From: Fibrobacteria bacterium
Lineage (GTDB): Bacteria > Fibrobacterota > Chitinivibrionia > Chitinivibrionales > FEN-1185
Reading direction: 5' to 3'
Assembly: GCA_037447435.1 (NCBI GenBank)
Contig: JBBIGR010000051.1
Location: 1-31,236, forward strand
Length of the DNA: 31,236 nt
Part shown: positions 1-8,600 of the stretch, piece by piece
Layout of the letters: each line of letters begins with the position of its first letter
How positions within the stretch are numbered: the first letter of the stretch is position 1
Notes under the pieces: model-generated
The model's database searches: none
What the model was told of the DNA's origin: nothing
What the model saw: the letters and a program-made list of their open reading frames with translations, nothing else
Translations under genes and position numbers: made by a program

Positions 1-76
1 GCGCGGCGCAATAAAAAAACAACACCGTACTTATGCTTGCTATCGTCGATAATGCAATCAACGCTCGTTTAATCAT
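1..76 (-). CDS. Partial CDS (N-terminus only), probable lipoprotein/secreted protein
   Basis: Read manually: ATG at 76 preceded by AGGGAGA RBS; MIKRALIALSTIASISTVLFFYCAA is a basic N-region, hydrophobic core and Cys; runs off the window edge. Confidence 0.65.
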   Translation of the reverse strand, partial: MIKRALIALSTIASISTVLFFYCAA

Positions 77-196
77 AGGTGTTTCTCCCTTGGGGGCATC
101 GCTTGGGTAGTGAATCGAAAAAAAATTGGACGTATAGAAAATAAGAGACACGTTGCAAAAAATCAAGGCGTTTAAGACGGATGTGAGACTGGCCTT

Positions 197-1981
197 TTAG
201 CTGTTGTGATCGCAATTGCTTTTTAAAACGGTTTGCTTTAATTCCAAAAACATTGTTTTTATTTCTTCGGTTGCAAATTGCAGCCGGTCGAGACGAATGA
301 TGCATGAATCTATAAAACAGACCGCCTGACCGGATTTTCCGTTTTTCATAAGGAAATCGGCCCATTTTATCCAAAACTCGAAATCAAAAGGATTGCGACG
401 TAAAGTTTCTTGACAAAATTCCTCGGTGCACGGATCATTTTTTTCCATGTATAATTTCGCGAGCGGAGTAAGGGAATAATTTTTAAATGGAAAAATCCGG
501 TGAGCCGCCTCATACCAGAAAATCGCCTGATCTACATCGGGGACTTGCTGACATAAGTAAATTTCGCCCAATGCGCATGCACTGAAGTACCGTATGCAAT
601 CGAGGCGTTTTTTTGCCATAGCGGAGTCATTCGACAAACAATCCGTAATTGCCATATTCCATTCGAAGCGGATGGGCACTATATAGTGAAGCGGAAAAGG
701 AAGACCTTTACATTGTTCATACGAATTAACGGATTCTATGTCGAACAGGCGTTTAAAAATTCCGATCGCGTCGCTTTGCCTATTCATTGCAAAGAGCATT
801 CGTCCTTTATTGAAATCCGCGGTCAGATACTCGCTATCCTTTGAAGCAAGAGTCAATAAAGCCAGGGCATTTGTGGATAATTTTTCAAATTCTCCCGGCT
901 CGCCCAGACGGACCAAATCATCGGCCAAAGTCATGAGAATCACGGCGCAATCGTTTAGAAATACCGGATCAACTTTATTTTCAGTAATAAGCAGAGTAAT
1001 GTTTTTAAGGGTGCTGTCGCCGCGGCCTTTCATTGCAAGAGAGGTCTGGACAAAATCGCCGCATTGCGGCGAAGGTGCATAAAAATTACGGCATTCCCGG
1101 TTTTTGCCCGGTTTCAAATTCAAGCCGGTTATATGGGCCACCAATTTGTCGAACATAACGGGAAAGGAGAACTGTTGACTTTTAATATACCCGTTTTCCG
1201 CGATGCGGGCCCGTTGGTCGTCGTGAAGACGATAATATTCCAAAAGACTTTCGAAATTGCTTTCGTTGTATAGCACGCATTCTTGATCGGGAAGGAAGAA
1301 ATCCCTAACTTCGAGGTTTGTCTCTTCCATGAAAAGCATTGCTCCACAAGAAGTAGCCTCGAAGGCGCGCTGATTCATTTCTCCTTTGATGCTATGGTTA
1401 AACACGATTTTTGATTGATTCAGGATTTTCGTATATTCCTCATGCCAAGCTTTATTGAAGAGCTTGCTCGAAAATTTTTCGTCAAGATCGGCAAGACGCT
1501 TAAGCCAGGGTAACCGGTTACCCTGAATGTTGGCATTGAAATTCCCCGTAAACGTCACATCGTATATTCGTTTTTCATTCGGCAACAAATGGAATTGCGA
1601 AGGAGACGCGACAAATAACGGCCAATAGGAGGCATTGTGTATGCCGACATTCCGCAGCATCGACAGGCTCGTTTTATCGGTAAATATATGATCGAATTTC
1701 GAGAAAATATCGGGCAGATAATCCACCCCACCGAACCAGTCGTCGAGCAATAGCACGGTCGGATAGGGACAATTTTCTATACCGTAAGGAACGGCAAAAT
1801 ACAGCGGGGATTTGAAAATAACGAAATCGGGCTCCCATTGTTGGGGCATGGCTTTCAATACATCGGAAAAATAGCACGGTTTTTGTTGATCGTAATAATA
1901 ATGGTCATGGAATTTTCCCGAATAGCAAAGGACTTCGTGGTTTTCATCGCCGGGCAAGGAAATATTTGAAAGAATTTTCAT
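197..1981 (-). CDS. Glycosyltransferase (CgeB/Glyco_trans_1_2-like, GT-B) with C-terminal TPR-like region
   Basis: 594-aa ORF; YDVTFTGN, 'ILNQSKIVFNHS', 'NQRAFEATSCGAM' and 'RARIAENGY' are typical CgeB-family motifs; helical TPR-like C-terminal half. Confidence 0.8.
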   Translation of the reverse strand: MKILSNISLPGDENHEVLCYSGKFHDHYYYDQQKPCYFSDVLKAMPQQWEPDFVIFKSPLYFAVPYGIENCPYPTVLLLDDWFGGVDYLPDIFSKFDHIFTDKTSLSMLRNVGIHNASYWPLFVASPSQFHLLPNEKRIYDVTFTGNFNANIQGNRLPWLKRLADLDEKFSSKLFNKAWHEEYTKILNQSKIVFNHSIKGEMNQRAFEATSCGAMLFMEETNLEVRDFFLPDQECVLYNESNFESLLEYYRLHDDQRARIAENGYIKSQQFSFPVMFDKLVAHITGLNLKPGKNRECRNFYAPSPQCGDFVQTSLAMKGRGDSTLKNITLLITENKVDPVFLNDCAVILMTLADDLVRLGEPGEFEKLSTNALALLTLASKDSEYLTADFNKGRMLFAMNRQSDAIGIFKRLFDIESVNSYEQCKGLPFPLHYIVPIRFEWNMAITDCLSNDSAMAKKRLDCIRYFSACALGEIYLCQQVPDVDQAIFWYEAAHRIFPFKNYSLTPLAKLYMEKNDPCTEEFCQETLRRNPFDFEFWIKWADFLMKNGKSGQAVCFIDSCIIRLDRLQFATEEIKTMFLELKQTVLKSNCDHNS

Positions 1982-2050
1982 TGCAGTAAAATACTATCGG
2001 CCCGCACAGGGGATTTTTAGCCGAGGTTAAATCCTACAACCTATTACAAC

Positions 2051-2227
2051 TCAACCGATCTTTTCCGAAAGGACATGGGTGCTTTGGTCTTCGGTGTTGA
2101 ACCAGAAATAAATATTGTTTTCTTCAACGGTAAAACAATTATCAAAATTCTCTCTGGTAGGACAGGGGGCGATATGCTTAAACGTGTCTTTTGCCCGTTT
2201 GATCATTTGTTCTTTTAGCTTGTTCAT
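2051..2227 (-). CDS. Small hypothetical protein, 58 aa (MNKLKEQMIKRAKDTFKHIAPCPTRENFDNCFTVEENNIYFWFNTEDQSTHVLSEKIG)
   Basis: Manually translated; GAGGTG RBS 5' of ATG 2227; fills the intergenic gap, co-oriented with the glycosyltransferase; below the ORF-track cutoff. Confidence 0.7.
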   Translation of the reverse strand: MNKLKEQMIKRAKDTFKHIAPCPTRENFDNCFTVEENNIYFWFNTEDQSTHVLSEKIG

Positions 2228-2322
2228 GTTGCACCTCTAAGTAATGTATCGGTGTTTTTTTTGACGGTGTTTAGGAAAAAATGAAAATATGAATGTATTT
2301 TCTTAAAAAAAGGAAAAAAAAT

Positions 2323-3318
2323 ATGGACAAAGAAACGCCGATTTTTGCGATTACCATGGGAGATCCTGCGGGAATCGGGCCTGAAATCGCGCTTAAAGCG
2401 TTATGTTCGCCGTCGCTTTCCTCCGACGCAAGGATCTTTATCATCGGGGACCTTTCCGTTTTAAATTCGGCGGTACCTCTTGTAAAAAAATGTCCTGCCT
2501 TGCGTGAAATGAACTCGGAAACCGATTTTGTCGCGGGAATGATCAATGTTTTGGACATGAAACGTATTACGATCGACGGTTTTGAACCGGGAAAGCTGCA
2601 GGCACAATGCGGAAAAGCCTCCTACGATTACGTCGTCAAAGGAATCGAACTCTGTTTACGGGGCTCGATAGGAGCCATCGTCACGAATCCTATTAGTAAA
2701 GAAGCAATGCGTATGGCGGGCATATCGTATCCCGGCCACACCGAAATCCTGGCGGATAAAACAGGCACCAAGGATTTTTCCATGATGTTTGCATTAGATA
2801 CTGTTCATGTCGCCCATGTAACCACGCATATCGGTTTGCGGCAGGCCATCGATCTCATTTCGAAAGACAGGGTACTGCGGCATATTTTACTTCTCCATAC
2901 GACCCTTTTGCGGCTGGGATACGAAAACCCTAAAATCGCAGTCGGCGGACTTAATCCGCATGCGGGTGAAAACGGGCTGTTCGGCAATGAGGAAAGTTTA
3001 CATATAATTCCCGCCATCGAAGAGGCGGTAAAACGGGGAGTGCGGGCATGCGGCCCCTATCCGCCCGACACGGTATTCATGCGAGCTTTCAAAGGCGAAT
3101 TCTCGGGCGTTGTGGCCATGCTGCACGATCACGGATTTGTAGCGCTCAAATCGCGCGATTTCGAAAACGGCGTCAATATTACGATCGGGTTGCCGATAAT
3201 CCGAACCTCCGTTGGCCACGGGACGGCATTTGACATTGCGGGAAAAGGAATCGCCCGTGAAACGAGTTTACTTGCTGCAATAAAAGCCGCACGGTTGTTG
3301 TGGGAACATAGACAATGA
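2323..3318 (+). CDS. pdxA: 4-hydroxythreonine-4-phosphate dehydrogenase family (PdxA/PdxA2)
   Basis: ITMGDPAGIGPEI, GHTEILA, TTHI, GLNPHAGENGLFGNEE, GLPIIRTS.GHGTAFDIAGKG; start 2323 chosen from the AGGA RBS. Confidence 0.92.
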   Translation: MDKETPIFAITMGDPAGIGPEIALKALCSPSLSSDARIFIIGDLSVLNSAVPLVKKCPALREMNSETDFVAGMINVLDMKRITIDGFEPGKLQAQCGKASYDYVVKGIELCLRGSIGAIVTNPISKEAMRMAGISYPGHTEILADKTGTKDFSMMFALDTVHVAHVTTHIGLRQAIDLISKDRVLRHILLLHTTLLRLGYENPKIAVGGLNPHAGENGLFGNEESLHIIPAIEEAVKRGVRACGPYPPDTVFMRAFKGEFSGVVAMLHDHGFVALKSRDFENGVNITIGLPIIRTSVGHGTAFDIAGKGIARETSLLAAIKAARLLWEHRQ

Positions 3319-3332
3319 TTTGCGGATAATCC

Positions 3333-5669
3333 TTACCTGGTCCCTTTGTTCAGCTTTTCAAGTTCCTTTTTCATCTGCTCGATTTTCTCGTCGATTTTGT
3401 TCTGTTTGCCCTGCATTTTTTCCTGTTCCTCAATCGCCTTCGCATCGCGATTGAACTTCTGGGCTATTGCATAGGTAAACGAGATGTCGTTCTTGATGGA
3501 TTCCGCACTTCGCGCAAAAAGCGACTGGCGTTTGAATTCGTCGAAAAATACGGTGTAATTGTCCAGCTGAGCCTTACTGTCGATCTGGGCCTTGTGCAGG
3601 CTGTCGATCGTTTGGGCATTGTCGGAATTATGCGGTGCGAGAGATATCTTATCCGCGGTTTTGGCCAATTCGTTATATTGGTCGCGAGTGGAATTGGTAC
3701 CGGTTTGAAATCGCTTGTACGAATCCTGATCGGGCGCTGAAATTGACGAAAGCAATGCATCGGCCTCTTTGAGAGTCGCATTTGCGTCGGCATACTTTTT
3801 CTGCATAAGATAGCTATACCCGATAATCAGCATGGCATCGCACCGAAGCGGCGGCCGTATGGATATTTTTTGCAATGTCTGGCCGTATTCGATACACGAC
3901 GCCCATTGCTTTGCCTTTAATGCGGTCCAGCACATTCCCAAGAGCGCATCCTCGTAGTAATAGCTGTTCGACGGAACGTTTCTGAGCGCGGTAATTGCTT
4001 TGGGAAGTTCCAAATTGTCGTAAAAGAGATAGCCGAGGTACAAATACGATCTGTTGACGCATTCTTTTTCGGCAAGCCCCTGTTCCTTGACAACGAAACA
4101 GTTTACCAGGTGTTCTATGGCCTCGTCCCGCCGGCCCAGCATGAGCGCGGCAACGGCACAGGAATGTTGCGCAAACACATATTCAGGATGATATTGCGGG
4201 ACCTTTTGGAAATAGCGTATCGCGTCCTCGTAATCTTTGGCAAGCATTTTTGCTTGGGCCATCAGATAACAGGCATGATACCTGATCGAATCCGGCGTAT
4301 TTGAATCCGTCAGACGATTGTACAATCCCTCGACGGACGAGATGTTGCCGTCCCGGTAGCAAATACGCATGAGACCGAGGTCCGTGTTCGGAGCGATCGG
4401 GCTGGACGGATATTGCCGTAACGTTTCTTTGTAATAGTTCGCGGCCATTTCCCTCATGTCCAGTTTTTCCAGGCAGGCGCCCCGGTAATACGCAACCATG
4501 TCGGTTTTAATGAACGCCGGGTACTGCGCATACAATTCGCTGAAAACGAAAAACGCGTCCCAGTAATTCTTGGCATTATACAGACGAAGCGCCTTATTGT
4601 AAAGATCGTTGGGCGCCATATTCCATTGCTTTGCCATCGCAAGCGCATACGATTCTTCCCGATGACGGCCGAAATCCATGCGGAAATATACCGATTGCAC
4701 CGGCACGCTCTCGACCTGATTGACGCTCATATACTGATAGAGAACGGAAAAATCCTTGCCGAAATTGATTTGAGGAAAATTCATTCCCACCGTGCCGGCC
4801 CAATAATCGGTGCCGAGCAGCACATAGGCGTTTATCATACGCAGAAGCCAGGCGCCGAGCCTTACCGCCGCGCCGTATTCCATGACGCCCGGATTGGATT
4901 CTCCTTTTAATTTGACCAGCGAACCGTAGAGGTTCTTTACGTCGAAATCAACGCCGGCATCCAGCTGACGGTCAAAAAAGTATGCGTTCCAAGAGAGCTT
5001 TACATTATTAGAGTAGGGTTGGGACGTGAATTGATCGGAAACCGGCAAAAGGTCGACCAGCGGCTGCAAAATATTCTGCAGCGATATGCCGAGCAGGTGT
5101 TCGCCGTATTGCGGGTTTAAAACCAATCGATACGACAAACCGAAATCACCGCCGAGCCCGATACGCGGGGAACCGAACATCGTTTGATACGTAAAAGCGA
5201 GGTTAGCTCCTAAACTGAGCGGGCCCCACACATTGTTCGCATAAGACAACATAAAAAGATTGTCCCGATTCGAAACGTTGCCGATCGTGTCCATCCCTCC
5301 GAGATAATCGCGATGCCATTGCAATCCGTTGAGCTGCATGCCCGTGCCTTCGCCGGCATACGTAATTCCGTACGACTCATAGAGACCGACCGGTATGGTT
5401 ATTCCCGCCTCGGTAAGGTTGAAGGTATTGTCGAGCACGAGCGCTTCGCATCCTCGAAAAGACAGGCAATTTTCTTCGGTTAAGTATGCGGGATTGGCAA
5501 GCGCCGAATGTCGGGACAATGCGTCGCGCCACCGTTGGGAGGTGATGTATTCCCCGGCCAGCCCGTCGGCACTTGTCACAAAGCAATTACCCATAATACC
5601 GGCAAGCAGAAAAACCGCACCGATACGCTTACGCAGAAAGCCTTTACATGCCATGTTTTTTCTTTTCAT
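3333..5669 (-). CDS. Outer-membrane beta-barrel (PorV/PorP-SprF-like) fused to TPR array and C-terminal coiled coil
   Basis: Signal peptide; 'ANPAYL' motif then amphipathic strands (LSLGANLAFTY, GLGGDFGLSYR, GISLQNI) to about aa 335; then several TPRs (AYYRGACLEKL, ACYLMAQAKM, ALLGMCWTALK); charged heptad tail. Confidence 0.65.
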   Translation of the reverse strand: MKRKNMACKGFLRKRIGAVFLLAGIMGNCFVTSADGLAGEYITSQRWRDALSRHSALANPAYLTEENCLSFRGCEALVLDNTFNLTEAGITIPVGLYESYGITYAGEGTGMQLNGLQWHRDYLGGMDTIGNVSNRDNLFMLSYANNVWGPLSLGANLAFTYQTMFGSPRIGLGGDFGLSYRLVLNPQYGEHLLGISLQNILQPLVDLLPVSDQFTSQPYSNNVKLSWNAYFFDRQLDAGVDFDVKNLYGSLVKLKGESNPGVMEYGAAVRLGAWLLRMINAYVLLGTDYWAGTVGMNFPQINFGKDFSVLYQYMSVNQVESVPVQSVYFRMDFGRHREESYALAMAKQWNMAPNDLYNKALRLYNAKNYWDAFFVFSELYAQYPAFIKTDMVAYYRGACLEKLDMREMAANYYKETLRQYPSSPIAPNTDLGLMRICYRDGNISSVEGLYNRLTDSNTPDSIRYHACYLMAQAKMLAKDYEDAIRYFQKVPQYHPEYVFAQHSCAVAALMLGRRDEAIEHLVNCFVVKEQGLAEKECVNRSYLYLGYLFYDNLELPKAITALRNVPSNSYYYEDALLGMCWTALKAKQWASCIEYGQTLQKISIRPPLRCDAMLIIGYSYLMQKKYADANATLKEADALLSSISAPDQDSYKRFQTGTNSTRDQYNELAKTADKISLAPHNSDNAQTIDSLHKAQIDSKAQLDNYTVFFDEFKRQSLFARSAESIKNDISFTYAIAQKFNRDAKAIEEQEKMQGKQNKIDEKIEQMKKELEKLNKGTR

Positions 5670-5694
5670 TTATTTTCACCGGGCAAAAACGCCA

Positions 5695-8600
5695 TTACCT
5701 GACCCCGATAATCGTTTTAACGATTATCGAGGTGTTGTCTGTTTTATTTATCAGTTCTATCTTGCCAAGATAATTGCCGGGAGCAACACGGGCATTCCTT
5801 CTGTTATTGCCGTCCCAGATCACGTACAACGCAGCCTGGTCGGGCTTCATTTCCTTTTTGTCGGCAATGCAATTTCCGACTGCGTCGTAAATGGTAACGT
5901 TGCCCACAAATAATACGGTCCCTGCATTATCGACCGGCGGTGCAGAAAGCTTGACCTCGATCCTCGTGCCGAACGCAGGGTCATTCGTATTCCGCTTTGC
6001 CGCCGGAATTTGGCTTATTCCCGGAGAAAACGGATTATCGCAGGCAATTGTCGCCGTGACTTTGATGGAGGATGTCACTTTTACCGGCACGGTTATCGAT
6101 TTTGCGCCCGACGTAACGGTCAAGTTCGTTTGCCCCGCGCTTAAAGGACTGAGCCTCCAGGCAGTATCAGGCCCAAAGGGCAGGGGAATTGCAAGCCCGA
6201 TGGTCGCAGGGTTCAAGGTCCAGGACGAAGCGACCGTTGTCCACGTTCCCGGCGCATTGGACATTGTTCCAATGGCCTTGATGGGTATTTGCTGGTCGTC
6301 TTTCATGGCTATCGACCGAATGGTATCGCCGGTGCCCGCATTTATAAGACGCAAAGCGGTAAGCTCGGCTTTCGCGATGACGACACGGACCGAATCGCTT
6401 TGTAAAGCGGGCTCCGATGCAATGACATAGGTCGACCCGAAGGATTGTCGCAGAATGATTCCGGTGGATTTGGCCGCGACCGCCCCATTGACCGACGCGA
6501 CACCCGCATCGACGCTCGCCCATTGCGCTGCCGTGGCACGGCGGCAAAAATTCCCATACGCATCCCGGACAACCGCATAGACAGTGTCCGAATTTGCCGT
6601 AGGGTCCATTGCGACAAGGGTATCGGGATTTGCATTGTTTAAATTAGAGAATGTATCGGGCTCTATGACGACGCGGGTTTCCTTGCCCCAAACTACGTTC
6701 ACGCCAAGCGCGGCACTGAGCGGATTCGACGGATTTGCAGGATCCGTAAACTGAGCCTTTACGGCATACGTTCTGTAGGCATCGATGCCGTAAAACGTGT
6801 TTTTCGTTCCGGTTTGGGTGCGCAGCGAACTCCGTGTTCCTGCAGGGGTAAGCTGAGGCCATGCGATTTGCGCATCGTATTCGGGGCGCACTCCGCCGGT
6901 ATCATCGAAAACATGCGCGGTAAAAACAACACTGTCTCCGGCAGCGATTGTCCCGGTATTGGGAATAGCGGTAAGCCTCATTTCCTTAAGCGTTACCACA
7001 AAGCTTTGTTTCTGGATCTTTACCATACGGTTTATGTCGAGCGGCGGGTTACCGACCGTGTCGAACACCTGGGCGCTGGTGCTTACAAAATTGACGGAAT
7101 CGTATGGCGCCAAGCTGCCGCCGGGCAAAATGAACATCCATGCATTACCGGCGCTTCCCTGCGAAATAATCGTCGTGGCCGCGATCGCGGTTTTTCCCGC
7201 GCCATTTGCGGACTTGAAATTCAGAATCGGGATTTTCACTGGTGAAAGGTTTTTAAGCGGCTCGGTTGTCGCCACTAAAAGGGTTTCCGGCACCGATGCG
7301 TTTTTAGTGGCCTTGGAAAGTGCAGTTGTCAATGCGGGCCCCACGCGGTCTTTTATGGCGGCAGTAATTCCTGTCAAGGAAGGATAGTCGAGCACCAAAA
7401 GCCCAAGGCCGGAACCCGCCGTAAGGGCTTGGTCGGAATACGTCAGGGTGTTTGCGGCAACAATTACCGTCGATTTATTTGCGGTAATAAGACTTGATTG
7501 GGTCGGCCATGAATATTTAAAAGAAGTAAAATTATTGAGCGAATCCGCTCCGTCGGCATTCGACTTTGTCATATAGGCGGTTATTTTATCGCCCAATCCG
7601 TCGCCATTTGCATCCTGTATGATCGCAGAGTCGAGCGAGGGATATTTCCCGCCTGTTTTTTGTATTTTAACCATACGGTTTATCGCCAGCGGCGGATTGC
7701 CGACCGTATCGAAAATCTGGCCGGTTGTGTTGACAAAGTTGACAGAGTCGTATTGGGCTATGGTGCCCGGGGGCAGGATAAACAACCAGCTTGCCCCCGT
7801 GTTCCCTTGCTTGACAATTGCCGTTGACGGAACTGCCGTTTTCGTTGGGACGCCGGCAGGCTTGAAATTCAGGTACGCGGTGCCCGCCTGCTGCGTAAGG
7901 TTTTTAATCGGCTCCGTTATTCCAATCACCAGCGTGTCGGGAACGGTAATGGCAAGGGTTGCCCGGGAAATCGCAGTCGCCAAGGCCGGCCCGACCCGGT
8001 CGAAAAGATTTGTCGAAATTCCGGTCTTTGACGGATAATCCAAGACAACCGAGCCCAGTCCCGCACCGGCGGCAAGGGTTTGGTCCGTATAAGTCAACGT
8101 AGTTGCCGTGGCAATGACGTTGGCTTTTACCGCCTGTACCAAATTGGTTTGATTGGGCCATGAATATTGGAATGCGTTGAAAGCCCCGACCGGATCCGCG
8201 CTATCGGAAGCTGCCTTCGTTACATAAGCGGTTATTTTATCGCCCCATCCGTCGCCGTTGACATCCTGTATTATCGCGGAATCGAGAGTCGGATATTTAA
8301 TTCCCGCGATTGCGACTTTTTGCACTGTCGAATTACCCGAGGCATCGGTACTCATTATCCAGAAATATTTACCGGAATACCCGTCGGGCTGCAACTTGTA
8401 CAAATCGATGTCGGATTTTAATGCGGTAAAAGAAAATGTCCGGTTCGTCTGTGACGTCGTATCGACGGGCGTCGCGTCATTCCAAATGCCCCATTTATAA
8501 TCCATTGTCCATTTGACGCTTTTTGCCTGGGTCTCGTCCGTCACTGTCGTGACCGCGGTTACGTTTCCGTTTTGCAAGATAGTCATGGTCGTGGTCGGAT

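Noticed and set aside
91..110. GGGGCATCGC...TGGGTAG similarity to 31184-31209
   Set aside because: Only 10+7 bp with different spacing and no hairpin; compatible with chance
5395..8500. Many 140-180-aa plus-strand ORFs
   Set aside because: Antisense shadows fully overlapping well-supported CDSs
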